This document shows, in pieces, positions 20,384 to 29,946 of a DNA stretch of 64,000 nt. The DNA is from Subtercola sp. (GTDB lineage: Bacteria > Actinomycetota > Actinomycetes > Actinomycetales > Microbacteriaceae), in contig JAODBB010000233.1 of assembly GCA_025463745.1 (NCBI GenBank), positions 202-64,201 on the forward strand. The letters are read 5' to 3'. The notes under the pieces were generated by a model. It did not search any database, was not told where the DNA came from, and was given only the letters and a program-made list of their open reading frames with translations. A program made the translations under genes and the position numbers. Each line of letters opens with the position of its first letter. Position 1 is the first letter of the stretch.

Positions 20384-20902
20384 TTATTCGTTCGAGGCGC
20401 GGAATGTGTTCTCAGGGTCGAGACGGCCGAGCATCCGGCCCATGATTCGGTCGAGATCACTGATGTCTTCGGGGCTGAGCGGGGTGATCACGTGAGCCAG
20501 AACGGTGGCAACATGACCGGGTGCGGTTGTGCGAACTTTCTGCCAACCCTCAGCTGTGAGTGAGGCGTTGGTCGCACGCCGGTCTTCAGCGCAGGGCCGC
20601 CGTTCGAGATAGCCACGCTTCTCGAGCCGGCTGGCCACGTGCGAAAGTCTCGGCAACGTCGAGTTCGTGCGGGCGGCGAGCGCGGTCATGCGCAGAGTTC
20701 GATCGGGCGCTTCTGACAATATGGCCAGCGTGTAGTACTCGAAGTGGGTCAGCTCGGAATCGTGCTGCAACTGCGAGTCGAGCACGCCCGGCAGCAGTTC
20801 GACCACCGCGATGAACTTCTGCCACGCCCGAAGCTCGTCAGAGGTGAGCCAGCGCGGCGGTGCGCCGCCCGATTCGGCCCCGGTTTCGCGCGCTTCTGCC
20901 AT
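20384..20902 (-). CDS. MarR-family regulator
   Basis: LTHFEY, RLSHVASRLEKRG, DRR; TAGAAT -10 before ATG. Confidence 0.9.
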   Translation of the reverse strand: MAEARETGAESGGAPPRWLTSDELRAWQKFIAVVELLPGVLDSQLQHDSELTHFEYYTLAILSEAPDRTLRMTALAARTNSTLPRLSHVASRLEKRGYLERRPCAEDRRATNASLTAEGWQKVRTTAPGHVATVLAHVITPLSPEDISDLDRIMGRMLGRLDPENTFRASNE

Positions 20903-21006
20903 CGCCCGATTCTACCCGCGTTACTTGACGCAACAACTGTTGTGCAGCTCAGGCACCCAGGCGTTGGATGCCCGGCGAGAGCTCGGGAGCTCCTCCCAAC
21001 TCTGCC

Positions 21007-21396
21007 CTAGTGGCCGGCCGACACCTCTTCGACGCTGAACGGCAGATTCGCCGCCGCCCACGATGTGAGCGCCTGAAGGGCAGGCATAAGCGCCTCCCCC
21101 GAGGGCGCGAGCCGGTACTCCACAGTGACCGGAGGCCCCGGCTCGACGGCGCGCACGATGAGCCCCGCCTTCGTGAGTTCGCTCAACCGCTCAGACAGCA
21201 CGGAGTCGCTGATGCCGTGCACGCCACGGCGCAGCTCGCTGAAACTCGACGGGCCCTCGACCAGCGTGCCGATGATCACGCCGTTCCATCGCTTGCCCAG
21301 AAAGCCGAACGCCCGAACGAGCGCACCGTCGCAGACCCCCGGTTCGTGCACTGCTGCACCGCCCGGAACCTCCACGACGCTGTGAGCTTCAGTCAT
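21007..21396 (-). CDS. HxlR-family regulator
   Basis: Sensor Cys (VCD), LGKRW, FSEL, LSERLSEL, VEYRL; divergent from nitroreductase. Confidence 0.9.
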   Translation of the reverse strand: MTEAHSVVEVPGGAAVHEPGVCDGALVRAFGFLGKRWNGVIIGTLVEGPSSFSELRRGVHGISDSVLSERLSELTKAGLIVRAVEPGPPVTVEYRLAPSGEALMPALQALTSWAAANLPFSVEEVSAGH

Positions 21397-21484
21397 GAAG
21401 AGATTCTAGCAACATTCGCGCCCTAGTGCTACGTTGTTCTTAGTCACTTCGTTTTTACTAGCGACACCGAATAAGGGAGTAACA

Positions 21485-22120
21485 TTGACCGACCTCGCCT
21501 CACCCTCCGAGCTTGATGAGCCGGGCATCCTGAGCCCCCTCGACGATGCCGTACTGGCGACGCTCTTCACCGATGCGCACACCGCGAACAGCTTCGCCGA
21601 TACACCGGTGACCGACGCCGAGCTCGCCCAGATCTGGGAGCTCACTCGCTGGGCCCCGACTTCGGCGAATTTTCAGCCACTGCGGGTTCTGTATGTGAAC
21701 AGCCCCGAGGCACGCGCGAAGCTCGTGGATCACATGAGCGACGGCAACAAAGAGAAGACGGCATCGGCGCCCGCTGTGGCCGTGCTCGCACTCGATTCGC
21801 GTTTTCACGTTCACCTGCCGACCGTCTTTCCGGCTGGAGTCGGCCTGGTCGACGTCTTCGAAGGCAACGACGAAATGCGTTCGAGCGCGGCCGAGTTCAA
21901 TTCGGCGCTTCAGGCGGGCTATTTCATTCTGGCCGTGCGGGCCCTCGGCCTCGCTGCCGGCCCGATGGGCGGCTTCGACAAGGCAGCCCTCGACGCCGAG
22001 TTCTTCGACGACGGCCGCTGGCGTTCGATTCTCGTGGTGAACATCGGGCACCCGGGCGACGACGCTTTTCGCGATCGCCTGCCTCGGCTCGAGCACTCCG
22101 AGGTGCTGCGCTGGGCGTAG
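21485..22120 (+). CDS. Nitroreductase family, RutE-like (malonic semialdehyde reductase-like)
   Basis: LFTDAHT, WAPTSANFQPLR, LQAGYFILAVRALGLAAGPMGGFD, RLPRL; AAGGGAG RBS before TTG. Confidence 0.82.
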   Translation: MTDLASPSELDEPGILSPLDDAVLATLFTDAHTANSFADTPVTDAELAQIWELTRWAPTSANFQPLRVLYVNSPEARAKLVDHMSDGNKEKTASAPAVAVLALDSRFHVHLPTVFPAGVGLVDVFEGNDEMRSSAAEFNSALQAGYFILAVRALGLAAGPMGGFDKAALDAEFFDDGRWRSILVVNIGHPGDDAFRDRLPRLEHSEVLRWA

Positions 22121-22191
22121 CCCAGGCCTAACCCGGGCTCAACCCGGGCTCAACCCGCCAACAGCTGGGGCCGAGGCGCCAGGCGCCAGCT

Positions 22192-23013
22192 CTACCGCGC
22201 CAAGAACGTCGCCGCGCGCCGGCCCCAGCTGCGAACATCCGCACTCGTCTCTGACACCACCAATTCGGCGCCAGGGATGAGTTCGCGCAGCTTCTCGGCG
22301 GTCTCGACCGGATGCCCGGGGTCACTCGCCCACGCCAGAATCAGTGTCGGCTGGGTGATGCCCGCGATCGCCTCGAACGAGGGCAGATCGGTTTGCCCTG
22401 CCCCGCGGAAGACGGCGGGCAGCAGGCTGAGGTCGACATCGGGCTGCAGGCCGAACTCGGGCACGTCGGCGAAAATCGACGGAATCGGCGCCGCCTTCAT
22501 GGCCGCCTCGAGCTCCTCTGCCGAACCGTTTTCGAACAGATCGGCCATCGTCGAATACATCCGCGCCTGCAATGCCCGGGTGTGCCAGGCGGTCGGCGGA
22601 GCGCTCAGCACGAGCCGGTCGAAGCGGTTCGGCAGGTGCGTGACCGCATGCAAGAGCGTGCCGGTGCCCATCGAGGTTCCGATGCCCGAAACCGGAGCGT
22701 TCGGCGAGTAGTAGTCGGCGAGCGCCAGCAGATCGAGGGCGAGATTCGGCCACACGTAGTCTGCAGGGTTCGTCGATCCGCTCGACTCACCGTGCCCGCG
22801 GGCGTCATAGCTGATCAACCGGCGGTGGCCTCCTGGCGCCTCGGGCTGACCGACCGCGCTGAAGTCGCCGATAGACGAGCGGATGACTGCGGCCCTGCTC
22901 TGCGACAGCCCATGCGCGCTGATCGCGACGGGCAGAGTCTCGGCGCCTGCATCGGTCACCCCGAGATGCACGCCTCTGATGTCGACCCGTCGTGATGTGG
23001 CAGGAATGCTCAT
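22192..23013 (-). CDS. Alpha/beta hydrolase
   Basis: HG, YDARGHG, GTSMG nucleophile, DPGHP; ATGA-coupled to MMPL. Confidence 0.85.
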   Translation of the reverse strand: MSIPATSRRVDIRGVHLGVTDAGAETLPVAISAHGLSQSRAAVIRSSIGDFSAVGQPEAPGGHRRLISYDARGHGESSGSTNPADYVWPNLALDLLALADYYSPNAPVSGIGTSMGTGTLLHAVTHLPNRFDRLVLSAPPTAWHTRALQARMYSTMADLFENGSAEELEAAMKAAPIPSIFADVPEFGLQPDVDLSLLPAVFRGAGQTDLPSFEAIAGITQPTLILAWASDPGHPVETAEKLRELIPGAELVVSETSADVRSWGRRAATFLAR

Positions 23014-25349
23014 GACGTCTCCTTCGTTGTCGCAGCCGGCGCCGCGCGTACCCCCACGCCGTGCTGCTTCACGTGATGCGAGCCCGACGACTTCGCGAGC
23101 TTCGACGGCCACCAGATGCGCGCGCCGATGTCGTACGACAGCGCGGGAACAACCAGCGACCGCACCAGGAACGTATCAAGCAGCACCCCGAATGCAACGA
23201 TGAAGGCGATCTGCACCAAGAACAGAATCGGCACCACCCCGAGCGCCGCGAAGGTGGCCGCGAGCACGATTCCGGCCGAGGTGATCACCCCGCCGGTGGC
23301 GGCGAGCCCACGCAGAATGCCCGGTCTGGTGCCATGCACCATCGACTCCTCGCGCACGCGAGTCATCAAGAAGATGTTGTAATCGACGCCCAGCGCCACC
23401 AAGAACACGAACCCGAACAGCGGCACCGAGGGGTCGGCTCCCGGAAAGTTGAAGATGTGGTTGAACACCACCGCCGAGATGCCGAGGGTCGCCGAATACG
23501 AGAGCACCACGGTGCCGATCAACAGCAGCGGCGCCACAATCGCCCGCAGCAACAGCATCAGCACCACCAGAATCACCAGCAAGACGATCGGGATGATCGT
23601 GAGCAGGTCACGCTGAGCAGTCGTATTGGTGTCGAGCGCCAAAGCACTCACTCCCCCGACGAGGGAGCCGGGCGCCGCCGTGGCGAGCCGGTCGCGCAGG
23701 GTGATGACCACCTGTTGAGCCGCATCCGAATCGGCCGCGTCGGTAAGGGTGGCCTCGAAGAGCATCTGGCCGTTCACCACCTTCGGCGCCGGATAGCTTT
23801 CGGGGGCGTTCTGCAATACCAGCCTTTCGCCATTCGAAAGGAGGATCGAGACATCTGTCAAGCCTGACGTACCCGTCATGGCCTCGACGGCCGCACCTGA
23901 CTCGCCTTCGGGCGCGACCACGACGACCGGGCTACCGCTACCGGCGTCGTAGTGCTGGGCCAGCGCCTTCTGCCCGTCGACCGACTGCGATTGTGAGAGC
24001 AGCAGATCGGTCTGCGGCACGCCGCTCGCACTCAACTGCAAGAGGCCGAGGCTGAAAAAACCGAGCAGCAGCACGGTGACGATCCACACGACGCGCGGGC
24101 GGCGGGCGATCATCCGCCCCACCGCACCCCAGAGGCCCTGGATGCGCGCGGGTTCGGCGTCGCCGCCCGCGGCCGTAGCGGCCCGGCCAGCCGCACCCAC
24201 ACCCGTTCTGGTCGCACCCGCGGCAACAGCCGCACCCGTCGCATCCGTCACGCCCGCAGCGGCCGCGGCACTACCGGCCGGCCGCACCTCGATCTTCGGC
24301 ATGAACGGCCAGAAGGCCGCGCGCCCCGCCAACAGCAGCATGGCCGGCAGCGCCGTCATCGCCGCCAAGAACGAGAACGCGATAGCGATCGCTGCCACCG
24401 GCCCGAGGCCCTTGTTCGAATTCAGGTCGGAGAACAGCAGACACAGCACCGCGAGGATGACCGTGGCCGCCGATGCCGCCACCGGCTCAGCCGCGCGTTT
24501 CAGCGCCACCAGCATCGCCGCCCACGCGCTCGGCTCGAATCGCAACGCCTCGCGGTACCGCGACACGATCAGCAGCGAATAGTCCGTCGCGGCGCCGATC
24601 GCCAGAATCGCAAGGATGCCGCGGCTCTGCCCCGTCACCGTCACCCAGCCGGCCTTGGCCACGGCATACACGAGCAGAATGCTGCCCGTCAGCGCGAACG
24701 CCGACGTGAGCAGCACGATCACGGGCAGCAAGAGCGACCGGTACACGATCAGCAGAATCACGAAGACAGCGGCAAGCGCCACGAGAAGCAGAATGCCGTC
24801 GATTCCGGCGAACCCGGCACCGAAGTCAGCGCCCAACGCGGCCGGTCCGGTTACATACGAGGTGAGGCCCGGCGCCGGGTCGCTTGTCAGAACACTGCGC
24901 ATGTCTGCGACCACCGTCTTGCCGTCAGCACTCGTCTTCACGGCGACGAACGATTGCAGCGCATGCCCGTCGGTTGACGGAATGGCCGGCGAAACGCTCT
25001 GCACGCCGTCGACCGCCGCAATCTGTTTCAAGTCGGCGGCCACCGCGGTCTGGTCGGCCGGAGTGATCGCCGCTTCACTCGTATACAGAACGATCGCGGG
25101 CACGGTGTCAGAACCGAAGAACTGCGTCTGGAGCGACTGCACCTTCGTCGACTCGGCGCTGGCCGGCAGATACGAACTCTGGTCGTTGTTCGTGACCTCG
25201 CTGATCGTGCCGAAGGTCGGGCCACCCTGCGACGCAATGAAGATCCAGATGCCCACGACCACGAGCGGCAGCAGAATGCGCAGCCAGCGCGCCGGAAGCG
25301 CCCTCAGCGAAGCCGGAGTGGGAGCGTTGGAATCTGGCACGTAGCTCAT
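23010..25349 (-). CDS. MMPL-family (RND) transporter
   Basis: GAATDY, ALGVDY, GGVITSAG, GVLLDT; duplicated TM architecture. Confidence 0.92.
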   Translation of the reverse strand: MSYVPDSNAPTPASLRALPARWLRILLPLVVVGIWIFIASQGGPTFGTISEVTNNDQSSYLPASAESTKVQSLQTQFFGSDTVPAIVLYTSEAAITPADQTAVAADLKQIAAVDGVQSVSPAIPSTDGHALQSFVAVKTSADGKTVVADMRSVLTSDPAPGLTSYVTGPAALGADFGAGFAGIDGILLLVALAAVFVILLIVYRSLLLPVIVLLTSAFALTGSILLVYAVAKAGWVTVTGQSRGILAILAIGAATDYSLLIVSRYREALRFEPSAWAAMLVALKRAAEPVAASAATVILAVLCLLFSDLNSNKGLGPVAAIAIAFSFLAAMTALPAMLLLAGRAAFWPFMPKIEVRPAGSAAAAAGVTDATGAAVAAGATRTGVGAAGRAATAAGGDAEPARIQGLWGAVGRMIARRPRVVWIVTVLLLGFFSLGLLQLSASGVPQTDLLLSQSQSVDGQKALAQHYDAGSGSPVVVVAPEGESGAAVEAMTGTSGLTDVSILLSNGERLVLQNAPESYPAPKVVNGQMLFEATLTDAADSDAAQQVVITLRDRLATAAPGSLVGGVSALALDTNTTAQRDLLTIIPIVLLVILVVLMLLLRAIVAPLLLIGTVVLSYSATLGISAVVFNHIFNFPGADPSVPLFGFVFLVALGVDYNIFLMTRVREESMVHGTRPGILRGLAATGGVITSAGIVLAATFAALGVVPILFLVQIAFIVAFGVLLDTFLVRSLVVPALSYDIGARIWWPSKLAKSSGSHHVKQHGVGVRAAPAATTKETS

Positions 25350-25403
25350 GCTACCCAGCGAGTGGATGCCCGGCACTACTCCGCTCGTCGTACGCTGTCG
25401 TTC

Positions 25404-25889
25404 ATGACATCTGTTCCGAGCGCCTCCGACCTGACTCTCTTGCGTGAAGCCATCGCCGTGTCGAAACGTGCCGTCGCCGCGGGCAACCACCCTTTTGGCG
25501 CGGTTCTCACCGACTCCGAGGGAACCATCGTGCTCTCAGCCGAGAACTCAGTGAATACCGAGAACGACTGCACCGGCCACGCCGAAACCAACCTCGTTCG
25601 GCTGGCCTGGCGCGAATTCGGGCCAGAACGCCTCGGCGAATACTCGCTCTATACGAGCTGCGAGCCGTGCGCGATGTGCGCCGGCGCGATCTATTGGTCT
25701 GGCATCGGCCGCGTCGTCTTCGCCATGTCAGAGGCCGACCTCGGCGAAAGGACGGGCGATAACCCGTCGAACCCCACCATGTCGCTCGACAGTCGTGTGG
25801 TGCTGAGCAGCGGGCAGCGCCCGATCACTGTGCTCGGGCCGGCGATCTCGGCCGAGGCGCGTGTGCCGCATGAGGGCTTCTGGGGCTAG
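25404..25889 (+). CDS. Zn-dependent nucleoside/nucleobase deaminase
   Basis: PFGA, HAE, EPCAMC. Confidence 0.88.
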   Translation: MTSVPSASDLTLLREAIAVSKRAVAAGNHPFGAVLTDSEGTIVLSAENSVNTENDCTGHAETNLVRLAWREFGPERLGEYSLYTSCEPCAMCAGAIYWSGIGRVVFAMSEADLGERTGDNPSNPTMSLDSRVVLSSGQRPITVLGPAISAEARVPHEGFWG

Positions 25890-25949
25890 AACCCGGCGAT
25901 GTTCGCGATCTGATCGGCAGATAATTCCTCAGCGACGACGTGCATGATG

Positions 25950-26294
25950 TCAGCCGAAGTCTGGGCCCAGATCGGCAGACTCGACAGCCCCGCTCTCACC
26001 CTTGAGCTCGATCAAGATGGTGCGCGTGTCGCTGTCGCCGATGTTCAGACCCGCGTGCCGCTGCGCGGGAAGCCATACAGCCCGACCCGCCGCGAGTTCG
26101 ACATCGACGTGTTCATCATTCAAGAACAGGCGTCGGCGAAAGCTCGTCAGTGCGACCAGCACGCTGTCTGGATGCACGTGAGGCGTCGTGGTTGCGCCGG
26201 GCGTGTCGAAGTATTCCAGCACGCGCACGCGGTCGTTCTCCCACAGCACCGCGTAGTGATCTGGGTTCGTGACAACGGGGTCTTCGTCGACCAT
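25950..26294 (-). CDS. Small cupin protein
   Basis: WENDRVRVL, PG...HVHP, H..LNIG, IELK. Confidence 0.75.
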   Translation of the reverse strand: MVDEDPVVTNPDHYAVLWENDRVRVLEYFDTPGATTTPHVHPDSVLVALTSFRRRLFLNDEHVDVELAAGRAVWLPAQRHAGLNIGDSDTRTILIELKGESGAVESADLGPDFG

Positions 26295-26450
26295 GGAGCG
26301 AATCCTACGCCGCGTAACCACGGGAGCAGCAGTTCGCAGACCAAGAGAGGCCAAAACAGCCGCGGTCAGGCGACATGACTGCATCCGATCCCGATACAGG
26401 CATTCAGAAGTACCCTCGAAGTCGAGAAGAGAAAAGATTCTCGAGCCCGA

Positions 26451-26477
26451 TGTCGAGAAACAGCAGGCGGCTCCGAC
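26451..26477 (+). promoter_or_regulatory. ECF42-type promoter TGTCGA-N17-CGAC
   Basis: Matches the described ECF42 consensus (TGTCGA...CGA/TC) upstream of the DGPF gene. Confidence 0.65.
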
Positions 26478-26525
26478 TCACGAGCGACAGAACAACACAC
26501 AACACAACGCTTGAAGGAGTGAGTG

Positions 26526-26885
26526 ATGAAGTACATGATCGCGATGTTCGGCAGCGCCGGCGAAATGACCCAGGTGCAATCACCCGAATGGATCACCGAG
26601 ATGATCCATTTCATGGTCGGCCTCGACGAGGGGCTGCGCGAAACGGGTGAGCTCGTTTTCGCCGAAGGCCTCAGCGACGGAGCCCTGGCCAAGACCATCC
26701 GCCTCGAAAACGGCCAGCCGGTCGCCACCGACGGCCCCTTCGCCGAAGCGAAGGAGTCGCTCATCGGCTTCTGGATCGTCGACGTCGAGAGCGAAGCCCG
26801 TGCCATCGAGATCTGCGCGCAGATCGCCGTGTATTCGGGCGTGGTCGAGCTGCGCCCCGTTCCGGCCGGGCCGCCAGAGGTCTGA
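26526..26885 (+). CDS. YciI/DGPF-family protein
   Basis: TDGPFAEAKE..GFW, VELRP. Confidence 0.9.
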   Translation: MKYMIAMFGSAGEMTQVQSPEWITEMIHFMVGLDEGLRETGELVFAEGLSDGALAKTIRLENGQPVATDGPFAEAKESLIGFWIVDVESEARAIEICAQIAVYSGVVELRPVPAGPPEV

Positions 26886-27325
26886 TGGAGGAGGAGGCGC
26901 TCGAGCGGGTAGGCGACGGGGAGCTGGCGATCGGCTCCCCCGCCGCTGCCGCTACCTCCGCTACCTCCGCTACCTCCGCTACCTCCGGCACGACGATCGT
27001 CGATCTGCTGCGTGAGCTCGCACCACAGGTCGTCGGTGTGCTCACCCGGCGGTACGGCAATTGGGCGGCGGCCGAGGATGCGACGCAGGAAGCACTGATC
27101 GCCGCCTCGACACAGTGGGCCGCGAGTGGGGTGCCCGAGCATCCGAAAGCCTGGCTCGTCACCGTGGCCTCGAGGCGTCTCATCGACGAGTTCAGGAGCG
27201 ACGGCGCTCGGCGCGAACGCGAGGCCGCCTTGTCGCTGGATGCCGCGAACCCTACGTCTGCGCCCGACCCCGCCGCGAGCTACGACGACGCCAGCGCCAG
27301 CGCAGCACTCGTCGGCGCCCGATGA
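26885..27325 (+). CDS. ECF42 sigma factor, N-terminal sigma2 half (split or frameshifted)
   Basis: AEDATQEALIAA..QW...GVP.HPKAWL.TVA.RRL.D; ends at TGA 27323-27325. Confidence 0.75.
   Translation: MEEEALERVGDGELAIGSPAAAATSATSATSATSGTTIVDLLRELAPQVVGVLTRRYGNWAAAEDATQEALIAASTQWAASGVPEHPKAWLVTVASRRLIDEFRSDGARREREAALSLDAANPTSAPDPAASYDDASASAALVGAR
26951..26986. repeat. 9-bp tandem repeat GCTACCTCC x4 (ATS x4)
   Basis: Read directly. Confidence 0.95.
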
Positions 27326-28380
27326 TCGGCGCCGGCCTCGCCCGCGGCACAGGCGGCACCCTGGACACGAGCAGCGGCGATCTGAGCAACTCCGATGCGG
27401 ACGACTCGCTCACCCTGCTTTTCTTGTGCTGCCACCCCGCGCTTTCTTCTCCGTCGCAATTGGCCCTCACCCTGCGTGCGGTCGGCGGACTCACCACGGC
27501 CGAAATCGCGCGCGCTTTTCTGGTGCCCGAGTCGACCATGGCGCAGCGCATCAGCCGGGCGAAGGCGCAGATTCGAGCAGCGCAACGGCAGAGCGACGGC
27601 CCTGTCTTCGTTCTGCCGCCCGAGCACGAACGCGGCGAGCGCCTCGTGGTCGTGCTGCAAGTGCTCTACCTCATCTTCAACGAGGGCTACACCCCCGGTT
27701 CGCGTCCACGCGGACGCCTCGGCGAGCGGGGTGCCTCCGAATCGGGCGCCGACCTCACCGCCGAGGCCATCCGTCTCGCCCGCCTTGTGCACGCGGCGCT
27801 GCCCGCGAACGGCGAAGTCAGCGGCCTGCTCGCACTCATGCTGCTCACCGATGCGCGCCGACCCGCCAGTCAACAGGCCGACGGGATGCTCGTGGCCCTC
27901 GCCGACCAAGACCGCACCCTGTGGCGGCGCGACTTCATCGCCGAAGGCACAGCACTTCTGACTCGAACACTCGGCTCGGCGAGCATCGGGCCATACCAAC
28001 TGCAGGCCGCAATCGCTGCGGTGCACGATGAGGCGCCAGACGCAGCATCCACCGACTGGACGCAGATTCTCGCCCTCTACTCGGTACTCGAACGAGTGAC
28101 GCCGAGCGCGGTCGTGACGCTCAACAAGTCGGTTGCGGTGGCGATGGTTCACGGGCCGCGCGCCGGGCTGGCCGAGCTCGCGATGATCGCCGACGACCCG
28201 GCGATGCAGCAGACGCATCGGTTCGACGTGGTGCGGGGCCATCTGCTCGAGCTCGCCGGCGACACCGACGGTGCGCGCGAATGCTACCGCCGCGCGATCG
28301 CGGGCACGGCGAGCACCGCCGAACAGCGCTACCTCGCGCTGCGGGCGGCTCGGCTGGGCGTAGCGTCTGCGGCAGAATGA
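27322..28380 (+). CDS. ECF42 sigma factor, C-terminal sigma4 + TPR-like extension half
   Basis: DDSLTLLFLCCHPAL, GLTTAEIARAFL, QRISRAK, YLIFNEGY, QDRTLW, GPYQLQAAIAAVH; -1 frame relative to the 5' half. Confidence 0.8.
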   Translation: MIGAGLARGTGGTLDTSSGDLSNSDADDSLTLLFLCCHPALSSPSQLALTLRAVGGLTTAEIARAFLVPESTMAQRISRAKAQIRAAQRQSDGPVFVLPPEHERGERLVVVLQVLYLIFNEGYTPGSRPRGRLGERGASESGADLTAEAIRLARLVHAALPANGEVSGLLALMLLTDARRPASQQADGMLVALADQDRTLWRRDFIAEGTALLTRTLGSASIGPYQLQAAIAAVHDEAPDAASTDWTQILALYSVLERVTPSAVVTLNKSVAVAMVHGPRAGLAELAMIADDPAMQQTHRFDVVRGHLLELAGDTDGARECYRRAIAGTASTAEQRYLALRAARLGVASAAE

Positions 28381-28384
28381 CTAC

Positions 28385-28477
28385 ATGAGCATGCCTCCTC
28401 GACCCGGCTGGTACCCGAACCCCGACAACCTCGCGACGACGCGCGCTCCGGGCGCCGACCAGCGCAACGCAGACTAG
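28385..28477 (+). pseudogene. 30-aa truncated DUF2510-like ORF
   Basis: MSMPPRPGWYPNPDNLATTR... has GWYPxP but lacks the following YWDG. Confidence 0.5.
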
Positions 28478-28486
28478 GCGAACGCC

Positions 28487-29161
28487 CTACCGGTACGTGT
28501 AGGGCGTTATCAACGGCGCCACCGCCGCGAGCGCGACGCTCACCTTGATGATCGAAACGAGCGCAGACAGAATGAGCAGGCCCGCGTAGACCCACAGCAC
28601 GCGCATGCCGTGCTTCAGCTGCGAGCGCACCACCACGGTTCGGCCGATGACGTAGGTGATGCCGTAGAGAAAGCTCCACGCCCAATGGAACCGACGGGCC
28701 AGGCCTTGGCGGCCGAGGCGGCGGTAGTCGAGGTAGGCGAACACCACCGTGCCGATATAGACGACCCAGCCGATGACGACGAGCACGAAATATCCGGCGC
28801 CGAGGCTGGAGTAGATGGCCGCGTTGCCGAGGCGAGTGCTCGACGCGACGAAGATCGCCGTGAAGAACGGCGTCATGTTCCAGCTGAGTATGCCGATGAT
28901 CGACAGCACGGGCAGCAGCGCAACGACCCAGACGAACGGGTTGTAGGCCACATTCTTCGGCTGAACCGCGCCAGGCCGGGCGCCACCGACAGGCGAAGAG
29001 AAGTCGGGCGGCGCGGAGTAGACCGACGTGGCCATGTCGTACACGTGGTCTGTCCAGCGCTCGCCATCCCACCAGCGCTGGATGCTCGGGCTCGACCCGT
29101 CGGCATACCAACCTTGGGGCGCAGAGCCCGATGGTGCTGCTGGAATGTCGGAGTTGCTCAT
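28487..29161 (-). CDS. DUF2510 membrane protein
   Basis: PQGWYAD...QRWWDGERWT then about 4 TM helices. Confidence 0.85.
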   Translation of the reverse strand: MSNSDIPAAPSGSAPQGWYADGSSPSIQRWWDGERWTDHVYDMATSVYSAPPDFSSPVGGARPGAVQPKNVAYNPFVWVVALLPVLSIIGILSWNMTPFFTAIFVASSTRLGNAAIYSSLGAGYFVLVVIGWVVYIGTVVFAYLDYRRLGRQGLARRFHWAWSFLYGITYVIGRTVVVRSQLKHGMRVLWVYAGLLILSALVSIIKVSVALAAVAPLITPYTYR

Positions 29162-29261
29162 GCGGTGCTCTCTCTATCGGCGAACTGTACCCATGCGGAT
29201 GCTAGTACGAATCTCGCCCACAACGGCTCACTTCGTGGCACAGCGGGCGGAAGATGGAGAA

Positions 29262-29480
29262 ATGGACCCCACCAAGCGGCTGATGTTCTGGCTGAAAGTG
29301 CCCTATGCGGCCGATGTGGCGCTGGCGCTCATCGGGGTGGCACTGCTTGCCAGCGGTCGCGGCGTGGGCTGGTGGGTTCTCGTTTTCGCGGCCGTGCGCG
29401 CCGTCATCGGCACGATCGCGCTCGTCTGGGTCGCGCCCCGGATGCTCGCCCGGCGCTCATCTCGCAACCAATCGCCCTAA
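29262..29480 (+). CDS. Small hydrophobic membrane protein
   Basis: 72 aa, 2-3 TM segments, GGAG upstream. Confidence 0.6.
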   Translation: MDPTKRLMFWLKVPYAADVALALIGVALLASGRGVGWWVLVFAAVRAVIGTIALVWVAPRMLARRSSRNQSP

Positions 29481-29541
29481 CGCGCCCCTCCTACGACCAC
29501 GCCTTACGTCGGCGCTACTGAACAACCGACGTGCGCCCTCG

Positions 29542-29946
29542 TCACTCCACTTCGGAAATCACGTCAACAGCGAGCCCGCGCGAAACGGCCGCGAGGCGCG
29601 CATCGTTGGTCCAGAGTTCGTCGCAATGGTTGGCCTGTGCCGTCGCCAGATGGAGCGCGTCAGGAGCAGAGAGTCGATGACGAGCGCGGAGTTCGGCGGC
29701 GCGAAGGTATTGCGCAGAACCGATATCGACGACGCCGAATTGCTCGAACGCTTCGAGATAGTGATCGTGCAGCGCGAGGTCGTCAGCCCGCAAGGGCCCG
29801 ACAAGGCACTCCATCTTGACCAGTGGGCTGATGACGAAGATTTGACCGCCCGCAGACGCCAGCCGTTGCCGAACCGCCGCCCCGTGTGAGCCTTCGTCTT
29901 CGACGGCATAGATGACGACACAGGAATCGAGATACGTCACTCCCAT
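29542..29946 (-). CDS. vapC: VapC PIN-domain toxin
   Basis: YLDS, E, PDALHLATA, LWTND acidic set; overlaps antitoxin. Confidence 0.9.
   Translation of the reverse strand: MGVTYLDSCVVIYAVEDEGSHGAAVRQRLASAGGQIFVISPLVKMECLVGPLRADDLALHDHYLEAFEQFGVVDIGSAQYLRAAELRARHRLSAPDALHLATAQANHCDELWTNDARLAAVSRGLAVDVISEVE

Noticed and set aside
19350-22160. Short direct repeats as CRISPR
   Set aside because: Two to three adjacent copies, no spacers, no cas genes
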